From Octopus sinensis (Eukaryota): a DNA stretch of 64,000 nt. The stretch covers positions 35,154,001 through 35,218,000 of the forward strand of contig NC_043003.1 of assembly GCF_006345805.1 (NCBI RefSeq), read 5' to 3'. Positions 29,397 through 44,119 of this stretch are shown piece after piece (position 1 is the stretch's first letter; the number at the start of each line of letters is the position of its first letter). The notes beneath the pieces are model-generated. The model worked only from the letters and a program-made list of their open reading frames with translations. It was not told where the DNA came from and made no database searches. The translations under genes were made by a program, and so were the position numbers.

Positions 29397-31770
29397 TACA
29401 CAATCCTGACAATATACAAATAAATCTCCATAAACGAAAATGATGATTCTACTTGTCTACAAATGAAGGCAAGAATCAAACCAGTTATGCAAGAAGAAAC
29501 TCTTCTGAGATTTTTAAATGAATATTACAGAAGTATCAATTTTGAATGTATTTGAATTTGAATTTTTCTCTCCATTTTGTGCACATGACGTAAGTCCGGC
29601 AAATGTATACAATCATCTAAAGCCAAAGCAACAAAGCAAATAGCTAGAATGGCTCCACAAGAGAACGTTACATAATGATATTCTATCGCATGTCGTCATG
29701 TAGTATCCAAAATTTGTTTCAGTAAGTACTTTAGTGTGATACGAAGCAACACTCATATATCCATACAAAAATATGTGTGCACGTTTGTTTGAATGTACAT
29801 ATGTATGTGTGCGTATTTATGCATATATTTGTGCGTATATATATATATTTATATATATACATATAAGCATACACGTGCACTGACAAATATACATACTTAA
29901 ATGCATATATGAACAGGTTAAAACAAATAAAAGTCTAAAATAATAAAATACATAAATTTGCATACATTCAGAAAAGGAGGGAATGAGAAAATGAGAATTA
30001 GTTGCAAAGATTTGAATTTTCTGCATACATACGCGCGCATCTTCAACCATTGTAGATTATTACACAAATGCACAATCTATAAAAAAAATTACTCACTAAA
30101 ATGTATTGAAATATAAATAAAGCAATAAACATAAACACCCTCAAACCTCAACTTAATTAGTGTAAGACGTTTGTAAAATTTGTGAATTCGTTTAAGACTC
30201 AGTCAATACTTTATCAGCTCCTACGGTGAGATAAGTTGTCACAGCATTAAATATGTAGAATGGGTATAAAACCGTGATTGACTTTATCAGGAGAATGTTT
30301 TTGAAAGGTATCACTTAAACGAATTCTACAGTAAAGTCATCATTATATGTTTCAATGATGTTTTGCTGAACTATTAAACATATTTACTTCTGCTCATTCA
30401 AATGCCTACTTCGAAATATGCTTGATATACAAGCTGGTATTTGTCGAGTAGCATCTTTAAGTGAAATATTACTTCTTCAGGTTTATATAATCTTTAATTT
30501 TCAAAATACCGTCTCGATCTAAAAAAGAAATCTGAGATAGGTCTTATGTTTTTGCATGAAAAGGTTTGAATGCATATTTAACAACTGGAAAAACCATTTT
30601 GCAAATATTTTAAGCGTTAGGGGAATTATATTAATAATTGAGAAATTCAGTTGAAAATTAAATCAGTATAACAGAATAACCTAGTCTGTTCTTTATTTCT
30701 CTCTTTCTCTCCGCCCTTCATTGAAGGGCACCCACATATATAATATATACAAATAATATGTGTATATGTGCTGGTCAAAATCAGATTCGTCCTCCACTAT
30801 CAATGCCATTAAGTCAATGCTATCTATTCTTCTACGCAAGAATTGGCTTACAAAGTCATCAACGCCATCATCACAAATGAAGCGTTCAGTAAAGAAGAAA
30901 CTAGATACTCGGATACCACGACGATGATGACAACGACGATGTGCATGTAGTACGTGGCTGTGTGCAAGGGTTAGCTGAGAGATAAAGATCTTTTAGTACA
31001 CTGATGTTGCTAATTTCCCAACGTCAGTGTGAAATCTGAACGCCACAGCATCACTTATATTTATAATCTAAAAAGATATCCTGTGCTATCTCATAATATT
31101 GTTATAAGATTCTTTACTACAACGTCGGTTGTATACATGGCCATGTAGTTAAGTTCACTTCTCACATGGTTTCAGCTTCGATCGTATTCTGCGACAATAT
31201 TTTCGCATAGCTTCGAATCGACACCGGAAGCACATCGGATTGAATATACCTGATCGTATTAGGGAGACTTAACACCACAACGTGGTTTAGGGCGGTTTTA
31301 GAAGAATCCATTCTATTGCAAACAACAGAACCATGTAACCGGTCTGGTAAAACTTACTTTTTCAAACAACCTGTCTCGGAGGGCTTGGAAAAGGTCATTG
31401 GTGTTTCGCTCTTTACACTGAATAAACCATAACAAAAAGTACATCAACAATAAGAAGAGAAGTCTATAGATAAAAGCTCTATATTCATAAGAGAAACTTC
31501 GTCAAATATGAAAAGGGGCGGACATCACATCAGCTTAATTTTATATCTTACGTCTGAAAATCTATAGAAAGCTTATTTATTTGATATTTACGAAAATGTC
31601 ACAGATAGAATATAGGGATGATAAAATGTAACGTTGATGCAATCAGTAAAAGGAAAAGGAAAAGGAAAAGGGCTTAGATACAGTAAGATCTTACAAACAC
31701 ACGCATGCAAATGTGTGTGCGTGCGCGCGTGCGTATGTGTACGTATATACTTTTAGACAGACAGAATGAG

Positions 31771-31829
<59 letters not shown>

Positions 31830-32101
31830 GAGAGAGGTACATAGATAGATAGACAGACAGACAGATAGATATCTGTAAATGTGCAAAGAAACACAAAAAG
31901 ACAGAGAAGGGGAAAATGAGAGGGAAGGAAAGAAAGGGAGAGGCATTTGCGTAGTAAGTAAAAGAGACAGAAGTAAATGAGATGAAGATCTAGAAATATA
32001 TTTTAAATGAGGTTAACTGAAGTGGATGATAAATGACGACGAAACAACATGCGTAACAATAACACCACTCCCACTACCAGAAGTAGTAATAATATTAGTA
32101 A

Positions 32102-32145
<44 letters not shown>

Positions 32146-32781
32146 GCAGTATTAGTATTAGTAGTAGTTGTAGTGTTGCAAAACAATATTGTATTATTAA
32201 TAACAAAAAAATATAAAAGTAGTAAAAATAAATATGTGACTAAATAAAAGAAAGCGACATTTGTTTAATTCAGTATGGTGGAGATTTGCTAAAGCGAAAG
32301 GAAGCTAGAAATGTTGTTAATAAATTCATAATCCCACGAGACGATAAAATTTAAGCCGTTGGTTTGGAATTATTACCAGACCGGGGGTGTTTTTCATTTC
32401 AATAAACGCAGAAACTCTTCAGGAAAAATCGATTTCAGGGTGAAAATAAGTTCAGAACAAAATGAAACAGAAAAAAACTATAAAAAGAAAGGAAAAATAT
32501 AATAAAAAAATAAACTATTATTGTTATTATAAAGAGCAAATAAATAAATGAATAAATAAAGGTTAAATCTTTAAATTCAAAATCCAATAAAAGTCTTTAG
32601 AATTCGAAGATTAACCTTTCGGCTTTGATTTCTTGTTTTGAGGATCTTTGTAGGTAGATTCTCTTCGAAATATAAGACCATTTCTTTCTATATTTACTGT
32701 CTGAAGTGAGAACGCATAAAGCAGAAGCACGTGCATCCACAAATACGTATATATAGCTACATATAGATACACACACACACA

Positions 32782-32819
<38 letters not shown>

Positions 32820-32978
32820 CACACACAAACACACACACAACACATATCAGTAGAAACACTGAATCTTCTGGGAAATTTACCTGTGATAGAGTGCTTTATG
32901 TCTTTGGAGATTCAGTTTTCACTCTCCCTACCTCTCCATCCGTCTGTTTCTCTCTCTGTGTGACTCTCACTCCCCTTA

Positions 32979-33053
<75 letters not shown>

Positions 33054-33145
33054 ACTCTGATGTATATAATGTTTCGGAGGCTAGTTATGAGCTGGAAGTC
33101 ACTGAAATAAGGAACTCAGGACAAGAATAACGCTATAAACATATA

Positions 33146-33558
33146 CATGGAGAGAATAACGCTTTCTCTACGAATGGTCAGATGATGCGTTTATATAGAC
33201 CCAAAACTTACAGCCTTTTATAACATGTGCGTGTATAGTAGAAGTAGAAGTAAAAATGTCCTTGGTACAGTATCATATATTTTGAAAGATACATAGAAAT
33301 GGGTTTTCTGATGATTTTTCAACTTTAATAATTAGATGTTTACAAATTAAACACCTAATAATTTATAAACATCAAATTGTTAAAGTGAAAAAATTATCGG
33401 AAAATCCATTTCCATTTATTTTTTTCAAATGTATATATAAATTTATAAAATTATAAAACAAGAAGATAGAATGAACAGGTTTTAGTCACAAATCTCAACT
33501 ATTGTTTCTATGGCTTGTTAACAGTTGTTAGTTACTGAGGCTTCCATATCATACCATG
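33146..33558. mobile_element. Probable old MITE with a central imperfect palindrome
   Basis: AAATGGGTTTTCTGATGATTTTTCAACTTTAATAATTAGATGTTTACAAATTA (33297-33349) pairs with about 33359-33411. Termini read TA-CATGG ... CCATG-TA. Confidence 0.5.
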
Positions 33559-33689
33559 TAGATATTATATAAATACATATGATCAAGCAGTAGGTGTCTA
33601 CTCGCATGCCATCGGGTGAGTGGCTTTGAGAGCACAGTTGGATCGCAACCGATTTCCATTATTTTATACCCATTATGGCAACCGATAAT

Positions 33690-34039
33690 TGTGTAGGCAC
33701 ATACGCACACGTCAATGTCACCAGACCCCTTCTACGCGCACATGCACGCTCTCACCTATACACGCACGCACACCTTCATTTTGGGATCACCACTACTTTC
33801 TTATCTCCCCTTCTACGTAGCTCACCTGTGTGTCCCCTCTGTCTGCCATTCGCCATGATAGATCGCTAGTCACTAAACCTTTTTCTATTTTCTCTCCTTG
33901 TTTATTTCTGTGTTCCTTTCTGTGGAAAAGCGTAGGCTCGCAGCGTAAGACTTTCTCACTTCCCGAGCGTTAAACGAATACATCTGTTTATTTACTCACC
34001 CGTCTTCATCTTTTGTTTTTTTGTTTTGTAAATTCTTAC

Positions 34040-34040
<1 letters not shown>
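33690..34040 (+). mobile_element. Penelope-like pseudo-LTR / non-autonomous copy (same family as 41762-43090)
   Basis: CCTTTCTGTGGAAAAGCGTAGGCTCG...TTCCCGAGCGTTAAAC...GTCTTCATCTTTTGTTTT...GTAAATT matches the reverse complement of 41765-41890. Ends in (TA)n at 34040. Confidence 0.8.
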
Positions 34041-34208
<168 letters not shown>

Positions 34209-36051
34209 TTTGTGTGCACAAGCGTACCCGTTCTTATCTGAAGAGCAGGGACAATTAGATAGTGAACAAGACTAAGTCTCGACAGTTTTTGCTGTAAGTG
34301 AGTGTTACAGATATTAGAGGAATTAAACTCCATAATGTAAGTTAATTATTTAATTAAATGTTGTTGTATGTGCCTGCCCCTGAATTTTTATGTAAGAGTA
34401 CTTTTAATTGTATTCTACTAAATTCAGGATTCTTGCATCCCTTTCTGAAAACCAGCCTCGCCCTTTTTAAATCGTGATTTGACTAGGAAAAATTTCGCTT
34501 CAATCATTTGGATGGTTTGCTCTAAATAAGATATTATTAGCCATTCTACAGAAGGTCATTTATTTAGATTTGTAGAGACGCCATTCATTGATCTGCAACG
34601 ACATTTACATTTTGACCTTTCTATTGAAATAGGTCTCGCTGCTGCGTTTCAAAATCTCATCGCTGATGCACGAGGTATCCTGTCAGTTGGTGTTCGTTCT
34701 TGACTGCAGTGTACAGAGGGATACAGTGCGTCATAAGTTCATTGTTTTCATTTTCTCCTAAAATTCATTTCTTTTCCTCAACTTTCTTTACTTTTATTTT
34801 CAAAATTAATTTCCGTCGTATCTCGTCTGCGATGTCAATAGGTTATTCAAACTTAGATTTTTCTGTGATTGCTTTTGTTTTATATGATAAATCTGAATAA
34901 ATATTAACTTCAGTAATTTATGAAAGAAAATAGAAGAAGAAAAATGAATAGTAAATTTTCTTTAATTTAGAGAGTAATACGAAATAATCACAATGCGTAA
35001 AAGAATATGATTCGCAGTTGTTGAGCCAAATATGAAGTTATTTTGGGAAGAATTATCGCAAATGGCCGAGTGTAAAGAATCAGGTTGCAAGCCGATTTTC
35101 TGAATTTTCAATTTAGTCATGAATGTCTTTACTGTATATTTAAAGTTATCAATATATTTCGAAGGCTGGTTAAGAAATGTTGGATTAGAAATGATGGTCC
35201 AGCATTCATCTTCAGATTGTTACTTTCTGAGATAGAATCCTGTCGCGTTACTTTCACCAAGTGTATTTGATATAATAAATTACATTTTATGTACAAGTGA
35301 CACTTCAAGTAACTGCATACCATTGATCCACATGAAGTTGATATAGTAAGTGTGTATTGTAGTTAGTTTGGAAAATTTAGTGAAGACGAAGCTAAGTATT
35401 AATCAGTGAAATCAGATTTTCGGCAATGGAAATAGAAAAAAAAAAATTAACGAGTTTTAAATTGAGTGGAAATCGAAAACTCGGAAGTTAGGTGCAAGAT
35501 ATGCAGAAGGCGGCAACTGGCGAAAGCTATAAGATATGGAAGGAAGAGAAACCAAGAGAAATGTCAGCCGTTTTCTCATCAGTCTTGCTATCACTTAGTC
35601 TTTCTTAGCTCATCAATCTTATTGCACATCTTATATAATTTTACTACGATAAATGTAACAACCGGGTTAAGTCTTCAAATTAATTGGAACAGACTGCTTC
35701 CGATCATTACTAATTGGGAATCCAAACGATAAAAAAGAATTCAACATAGTAATAATACAATCAAACATTTATCAAATTGAGTCACCTGACAGTGCCTAAT
35801 CGATTACAAGTTGGGTTGAAAAAACGGTACAAAGCTAAGTCATATTTAACATCTAAAGAAATTAAATTAAATAAATTCAACTTGTATATTATATTTGTAT
35901 GCGAGTCTTTCTTTATCCATATTATCCATGTGCACACGCACACACACATAAATACAAGCACACCCCCACACACAAACACACACATATACACACCACACAT
36001 AAATATGCCTATATATATGCCAATATATATGCCAATATATATATATATATA

Positions 36052-36163
36052 TTTTTTTTTCCTAACCGACCAGACCATCAGATGTTGTTACACATCGCTG
36101 GTCACAATGCGTTCGCATTGTTTTAGCCTTCGAATGACGCCACCCCGCTGGCTAAGCGAGCAG
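36052..36163 (-). mobile_element. Short 5'-truncated retroposed fragment with poly(A) tail and target-site duplication
   Basis: T9 at 36052-60 (poly-A on the minus strand), a ~100-bp GC-richer body, and the direct repeat GCCAATATATATATATA at 36031-47 and 36164-80. Confidence 0.55.
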
Positions 36164-36189
36164 GCCAATATATATATATAAATGTATAT

Positions 36190-36660
36190 ATGTAGTTCAA
36201 ATTTACAGAAAACAAAAGATGAAGACAGGCGAAGGAGTAACAAGCAGGTATATTAGTTTAACGCCCGGGAAGAATGGAAATGTCTTTGACGTTTCGGCAG
36301 AAAGGATAGAGAGAAAAAATGGAAAGGGAATAAATAAAAAGAAAACGGAGAGAGACAAAAAGAGTAGGGGATAACGGTTCACCCTGATGAAATGGCCGGA
36401 AGAAAGCGGCTGAGTAAAAGGGAGATAATAACGGTGACCCGGCCGAGCTAGGGTGTGCAAGCACCTTTGTGTATGTGAGAACGGTGTGTATGAATGTGTA
36501 TTTGTGAATGGGGCCGAGCGTGTGTGAATGAATGTGTAGGTGAACTTAAAATAATGTGGGCTTATGTGTATGTATATGTATAAGTAACCTAGTCCGTACA
36601 TTTTGTGGAGTGATGTGCGTCTCATGTACAGGTGTGTATGTGTATGCGTATGAACGTGTG

Positions 36661-36692
<32 letters not shown>

Positions 36693-36790
36693 GTTGCCGT
36701 GTGTGTGTGTGTGAATGTGTACAAGTAACCTAGTGCGGGTGTTGTGTGGAGTGATGTGCGTTTTGTGTATTTCTGGTGTGTGTGTGTGCG
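36190..36790 (-). mobile_element. Penelope-like pseudo-LTR copy with an internally duplicated (about 140 bp) CA-rich region
   Basis: 36195-36480 is collinear with 41765-42075 (AAATTTACAGAAAACAAAAGATGAAGACAGG...CAAGCAGGTATATTAGTTTAACGC...GGCTGAGTAAAAGGGAGA). The unit AAGTAACCTAGT..GTGGAGTGATGTGCGT occurs at 36582 and 36723. Confidence 0.8.
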
Positions 36791-37381
36791 TGTATGTACG
36801 TATATTTGAGTGTTTGCGTGTGTGTAGATTACCTAAAACTAACAAGAAAAAGATGCATATTATAGAATTAAGTTTCATAACATAATAGAAAATTAATGTC
36901 AGAAAACAGAGTTGGGGAGAGAGAAAGATAGAACGGTAGAAACATTGAGAATGTGGTACAACGGATACAAAAGAAGAATTATTGTGTTGACAACAAAAAT
37001 CCGTTGCTTTTCATTGAGCTATTGAAGAGGGTAAATTGAAAATAAAATATCACATCCATGATAAATGTTTAATTACTTAGATGACAGTTACCGTTATTTG
37101 TGCCGTTTAAGCCGTCACTAAGGGCAACAATACTTTCTACAATTCAGCGAAAGTTATAAAATGAATTCTATATAATTGGTGAAAATACCGATGGTAAGAC
37201 GATTGTTATTTTTTGTTTATGATACCAGACGAAACAGATGACTGAGATATATGCATTAAAGGTGGTTTATAACCGTCAAGTAGACTACCTGCATTCCACT
37301 TTCTACCGAGAGCAATACAGTCCAAAAAAGCAAGGAGAATGGTGTAAGTGAATATTTGTCAAGCGAGAGAAACCGAAAAAT

Positions 37382-37420
<39 letters not shown>

Positions 37421-37633
37421 AACAAAGGAGGAACGAGAATTATTGTAGTGAGTGATCGATGATATACAGGAAGAGAGAAAGTGAGAGAGAAAGAGAGAGA
37501 AGTTATTCATAAATAAAAATTTAAAGTCACATAGAACGAAAGGGAAAATATATATGATCTTTATATATATATATACATATATATACATACATACATACAT
37601 GCATACATATATATGTGTGTGTCTCTCTGTGTG

Positions 37634-37686
<53 letters not shown>

Positions 37687-38260
37687 CGTGTGTGTATGTA
37701 TGTATATATGTATATGCATTTCTGTTTCCCACCGTTTCTATTTATGCATATACTTAACACCTTTAATAAATGAATGAAAGTCACAAATCGTTCCTTCTTC
37801 AAATCAGTAAGACCAATTATAAACTGATGGATATCTCTCATTATGAAAATCCTGGCAAGATATATAAAATGTGTTTGAAATCTCGACCGAAAAGCGTATA
37901 GCCTTTTAACTCACGACAAATGATATACTATCGACCTAGCATGTTACCGCTTTGTAGTTTATTGACTTCGTAGTAATGAAAATCAAACTTGGTTCCAGAC
38001 ACACGATATAGTGAGGCTGAAACAACCTTATATCCAGTACGACTCTTTAAACTTAACTTCACCTTTACTAATCTAAAATAATAAAGAAGATTATTTCATA
38101 ACCGTGACTACGTAGTTTCTTGGCAAATATAATTCGCTTATTTGTTGTTAGCTGTGTGATAAAATGGCTCCAACAAATATTAGAAAATGATTCATAAATT
38201 ATTTTATTGTCCCAAACTTGAAATGAAATCTGAAAATGATAGCGATCTTATACTCGCATA

Positions 38261-38262
<2 letters not shown>

Positions 38263-38357
<95 letters not shown>

Positions 38358-38358
38358 A
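38263..38358. repeat. (CA)n microsatellite
   Basis: Directly visible. Confidence 0.97.
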
Positions 38359-41300
38359 TGATTGCTACACTTTCTAGAGCCAGTCTGCAAATTGTCTATA
38401 ATCAAATGTAGAAAGAGCGCACGATTGAAACAATCTAAGAAACGGCAGTGCTGTCTTTTTTTTTCCTTTTTTTTTTTGAGTACTGCATCAAGTTATTAAA
38501 AGGACAATATCAGGAAATCTGAATGGTTTTAAATCTATTAATCTATTTCATCTCATGTAGGGTACGATCATATGTAGGGCATAAAAATTATAATGCTGCT
38601 AATGTTATTTGTAATGAAACGAACTTTTGAAACGTAAATAAGTAGTTGATAAAGTAGAGAGAATACAATACGTCACAGCTTAATTATAAAATCGTTGTCT
38701 CTACAAAGTGCACCCTAAAAATCAAGGAATATAAAGGAATTTGTGCATACAAAAGCTTACAATAAATTACACTAAAAGCCATCACTTTCATCTTTGTAGG
38801 CACCTGTACACGATGTATATTCAATGTATTTTGACAAAACAGTGGAAGAGATTACGACTAGTCAATCGAAATATTCAATTTTGGTGCCATCAGAAAGCTC
38901 TGCTATTCTTACTTTAAAGGGAAGCACCATGATGTAAATCTCCAATATTTAGATAACATCGTCCATCCCCGCAATATATACATATATATATAAACTTTAA
39001 TCAAATCACCTTTTTTTTTCGGATATCATACAGCTTATAAATAAGAAAAGTCTATAAATAAACATTTTCTTGAAGTCCTTAAGCACTATAAAGTCATTAG
39101 CAGGACTTTATGCAATTAATATGACTTTTCATAACTTCTATTGTCAAGATAACGAGAAGAATCTCTCGTTTATACATTCTTTTCTATGTTCGACTACAAC
39201 CGTGAAAAAATATTCTCATATGTAATTGTCTTCTAAATCGTCTATATTTTTCTATAGCAAGATTGACAAACATACGGCCCACATATTTCGCGTCTGATTC
39301 GTGGCAATGATTAATCTGTCCCCTCGTCCACATAATATATATATAATTTTATTATTTTTTAAGTTTGAATTATTCTTCAGAATATGTTTATTTTGTAAGA
39401 GTTCAGAATCGGGCGGTCGGCTGGAATCGCTTTAAATACCTGTTTCGATTAGTCAAATCAATGAATCTTTCATTATCTTAAACAATTAAAAGGACGCGTT
39501 TCAATCTTAAAGATGTGAACTTTTTTCCGTTCACCATGTGTATGCACGTCGAGCAAAACGAAAGCATGTTTCCTTGTTCTCAAATTCACGTTAATGTTCG
39601 TCCATATAGAAATATTTTGAAACTAAAAATACTGCAATCTCTCTATCAAGAATTGGTTTTCTGAAGAAATGTGTGCATTCATTTGAAAAATTATGTTCGT
39701 TCACTCTCTTAGGACTGTATATGTGGCACGCAAATCAATCTTTCCAATACGTTTCTAAACATCATTATTTTTTTTTTTACTTGTAATAAAGTGTTTATAA
39801 TGCGAATTGAACATTGGTTCAGTCACTTCGGTCTTTATTATAAGATCTAGTTTACACTTCAATCTGTTCTGCAAACAAGTCTGATACCATGTTCTAAAGC
39901 GATAGTTACCCGAGGTAAGGTCTTCCTAGCACATCCAATAAAGCAAAATCTATATACGGTTTAAATCTCTTTTACAGTTGTACTATGACATTTGAATATA
40001 TGAACGTGTTATGTATTTTCTTTTGCCTTTTATGGGCAACTAACATATCGATGATTAATAATATTTCGATGTTTTCACGATAATTTCTGGTCATACAATA
40101 TTACGCAACTTGCCTAATTCGCTTGCGAGAAACACAGAGAAATGACTGGATCAGTTTCGGTTTACAACAGATGATACATGGCGATGGTTTGAACACTTTT
40201 CCTTCGTTTTCCAAAATACAAACACGTATCCATGAATATATTTTAAGCTAACATTTATACGGGCCAACGAGAGAACACGATGAGTACTCTCTTGGAGTGC
40301 TAAAATTCCTAACAAAATTTCCTTAGATAACACTGTCTTTCTTTAACAGAAGAATGGCACATTAGATAAAGTACTTATGAAGATAAAGTGATAAAAAGAG
40401 AATAATAGCTGTGCTTAATCACTGTTAACACGAGGACAGTCCATAACAAACATTACACACGCGTACCTCACACAGACTATACTGTATATGTGGAATGAGT
40501 ACAGAAAACAGAATATGTTGACAATTGCTTTGATACCTTAAAGTCAATATCTCTTACCCGTATTTCCAACTATTCTGATATATCCGTACAGAAAGTTACA
40601 ACACAGAGGGGGAACGGCAAATAGTAAACATCAAATAATTTGCTTATATTGATTTCTCTTTTCCTTCTTATATCGTTATTACCCCACTCACGATGAACAC
40701 GCACAGGGTATTTGCCAACGTATAATTATCTGATAACTATATGGTTATGTACGAGTGTGTATATAAGTGTATGTATAAAAGTATATATATATATATACAT
40801 ACATACATACATACATACATACATACATAGACAGACAGCTAGACAAATGCACAATGCACATACGTACAAAAACATATAAGTATAGATAAATATTTTCTCA
40901 TCTTATTTTCCCACTGTATTTCTTTGCCTTCTTTTTGTATCTAAAGCTTAATTATCGGAGACTGAGTTGACTAAAGAAAATATTACCGTAGGGTATGAAA
41001 CGATCCATTCATCCATCCATCCATCCATCCATCCATCAATCCATCCATACGTATGAACGTATATACATATAATATGATTCCTATATACATATCTTGCATA
41101 TCTACCTATTAACTACATACACTGAATACACCAAACACTGTAGAACAGTGAATATACTCAGCGCTACATCATTGCAGCAGAATCATAATCCACATCACCT
41201 CAGTCTGCAATAGGGACATCAGTTACACGTATGTAATATAGATGAAGAATTTGCGATGTGTTCAGTGAAATGGTACTTTTATGAACTATTCTGAAAACGA

Positions 41301-41391
41301 GATTATAACACGTGGTTCAGCAAGAAAAAATGAATGAATGGTTTTCATAACATTAAAGAACATTTTATAAAGCACCTGTATGCGCTCTACA

Positions 41392-41429
<38 letters not shown>

Positions 41430-41761
41430 CTCTATACTCACAATCATACAGTTGTTTGCAGATTCTGTGAAACACAGGTGAATCTCAGAGTAGCAAAAGA
41501 CTGACTCGACCAAAGTAATCTCTCTCTCCCTTTCTCTCTCTCTAAATCTCTCTCTTTCTCTCATATACATATTGTGTTCTCATTGCTAAATAACTGTGTG
41601 TCCCATGTATACCCGTGTGATATTGTCTATAACTCATTGCGAAAGATGAAACATCTAGTCATGAGGAAATAATTTTGTTTCAGGACATACAACTGTATAA
41701 ATACACGTATGCGTGTGTATGCATATATGGTTATTAATATTGATATTCCTTTATATATACA

Positions 41762-43090
41762 TATAGTTGAAATTCGCAGAAAACAAAAGACGAACACAGG
41801 TGTAGGATCAACAAGCAGGTATATTAGTTTAACGCTCGGGACAAATGGAAGAGCCTTATAGGTTTCGAGCCTACGTTCTTCGACAGAAAGGAGTAAGAGA
41901 AGAAAATGGACAGAGAATGAAAAGAAGCGGAGAGAGAAAAACTGTGCAGAGTGCAATGATCCAACATGGCGATATGACTGTGAAAGAAGAGGCTGAATAA
42001 AAGGGAGACAATAATAAAAACGGTAATTGTGCCCCCGACGGCCCAGGGTGGGCAAGCGTTTGTTTGTGTATATGAGAATAGTGTGTGAGTGTGTATGTGT
42101 GAATGTGGTGAGTGAGTCTAACGTGTGCGTGTGTGTGTGTATGCATGTGTGTGTGTGTTGTGCGTAACAGCTATGTATGCTTGTTCAGGTGGTGTGTGCA
42201 CATGTATATGTGTGTCTGTGACCAAATAGTGTGCATGTGTATAGTGTATGTGTGTGGGCGAAAGTTATCTTTGTCTATGCGTGTTGCGCGTGTGTGCGTA
42301 TATATTGTCTGTGTTCAGCTTTTATGTGCTTGTGTGTGTGTGTGGGGGAATGTGCATGATGTTGTGCGATGTCTGTACTGAGTTAAACAGTATATGAGGC
42401 TGCTCGTATAGTGATATGTGTGGTGACGATATTGAAGATGGTGTGTGGGCATGCGGATAATGGTGTGTGGTGTGGGTGCTGAAAAGCGGTCGGTGCTAGT
42501 GTGGGTGGAGTGGGAAGGTGTTGTGGGTATGTGTGTGTAATGGCGTGTGAAGTGAGTAATGTCTTGAACAGTGTGTATGGGTGTTTGCATAGTGGTGTGT
42601 GTGTGGTGATGGTACCAAGGTAGGCGGTATACAGGTCGGTAGGGGAATGGGGGAAGTTGAATGTGGGAGGTTTGTGGGAGTTCGGGTGGCCCCTGTGCAG
42701 AAACACTCCGCATACAGACAGCTGATGAAGCAAATGACCGGTAGAATAGGAGTAGCGCGAACCGGGGTGTCATTGCTGAGTCTGATGTCTCGGTGGTGCT
42801 CCACGAACCGGGCAGCCGAACGGCGTCCCGTTTCACTAATGTACAGGGAAGGACACAGAAAGCAGGAGAAGAAGTAAATAACATTACTAGAGGTGCAGGT
42901 AAAGGATTCGTTGACGTGATAGGGATGGTGATGGATGCCAGAGAAAGGTGGTGTTGGAGCGGTAGGAGCAGGTGCGACAGCGTGGGCGGAAGCAGGGGAA
43001 GGATCCAGGCTGGGAAACAGAGGTAGGGAAGAAACTGTGGACCAGGAAATCACGCAGGTTATGGGCTCGTTTGAAGGAGGGAATGGGTAG
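41762..43090 (-). mobile_element. Penelope-like retroelement (Neptune-type) 3' remnant: GIY-YIG endonuclease fragment, CA-rich 3' region and pseudo-LTR
   Basis: Minus strand 43090-42670 reads PSFKRAHNLRDFLVHS..PGSFPCFRPRCRTCSY / FTCTSSNVIYFFSCFLCPSLYISETGRRSAARFVEHHRDIR (Cys linker plus VIY..YI(G)ET..R..EH). The 3' terminus at 41762-42060 is shared with copies at 33690-34040 and 36190-36480. Confidence 0.9.
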
Positions 43091-43174
43091 CTTTTTATAT
43101 TATTAACCCTGGAGGGATGAAGCGTTAATTTGACCTTAGCGAGGTCTTATGCAGGGGGCTAATACACGGTCCTT

Positions 43175-43820
43175 CAGCCCGCCAGAAAAATAATGTATCT
43201 AAATCTCCCTAAAATCAGATACCACTTACATTATTACGTAAAAAGATTCTGCATACCCTGAAAACACGGGACAGTGGTAGCTGGTATGTCTTCGTTCATA
43301 TGCCTGCTACGTTGGGATTGATCTGTAGCTACACATCGGCTACAGCAACAATGATAAAGTGCTTTGAGTATATTTTTTTTTCTGATTACAAATAGCAAAA
43401 CAATCACACCCTACATTTAAAACAAAAGGTAAAACATTAAGCAATATAGTCCCTGACATAAAAAAAAAAGAACTGTGATGGTCCCGACAGCAATGCCTCT
43501 TCTCATATGTCTGCTAAATCAGGACTGAGGTGGGATTACTGAAGAACAACAAATATTACATTATCAACAGCAGTAATAATCACTATACTGTAAAGCGGTT
43601 TATTTACAAATGAACTAGGGAAATTCTATTCGCCAGCTCTACCTGTTAGAAAGAGTAACCAAATTTCGTTCAGATTGCATGAAGGAAGCAACACATTTTA
43701 AAGATATATAGTTTACAAGAGACTGCTAAAAAAAAAAAAAAGAGGAAATGGTCATGGCTGGATTATCTCAAATCACACATCTACTCGGACAGGGTTGGTA
43801 CAGGGTAGAGGAACTATGAC
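43175..43820 (+). repeat. Three tandem diverged copies of a dispersed ~170-bp repeat (probable SINE 3' module)
   Basis: Shared pattern AGAAATAGCAGCCAAAT..AATCACACC..(A)n..GATGGTCATGGCTGG..TCAT..GTCTGCT..CAGG. Related copies at about 60-150, 17515-17600 (-), 22540-22600, 27110-27270, 45690-45820 (-), 58800-58990 (-) and 63515-63600 (-). Confidence 0.6.
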
Positions 43821-44076
43821 AAATATGCTGTATCTTTAAATAATGGAAATACAAAAGTAACCAAAGTAAAACTAAACAATTAAAGTTTACCAATTACACC
43901 AGTACTGTTATCTCCAGTACCGTTATTAACAACAACTATAACAACAATTCCAAAACTAACATCGCAACAAACACAAATACTGCTACTGCTGCCGGATATC
44001 ATACTGTGCAGTTCCTCCTGTTTCTACTGCATGGCTGCCACCTGTGTTAATGCTGATACTTCTACAACTACTGCAG

Positions 44077-44119
<43 letters not shown>

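Noticed and set aside
34568-34703. Short open frame RFVETPFIDLQRHLHFDLSIEIGLAAAFQNLIADARG (and a similar one at about 54830-54930, minus strand)
   Set aside because: No recognisable homology and only weak splice signals; expected by chance.
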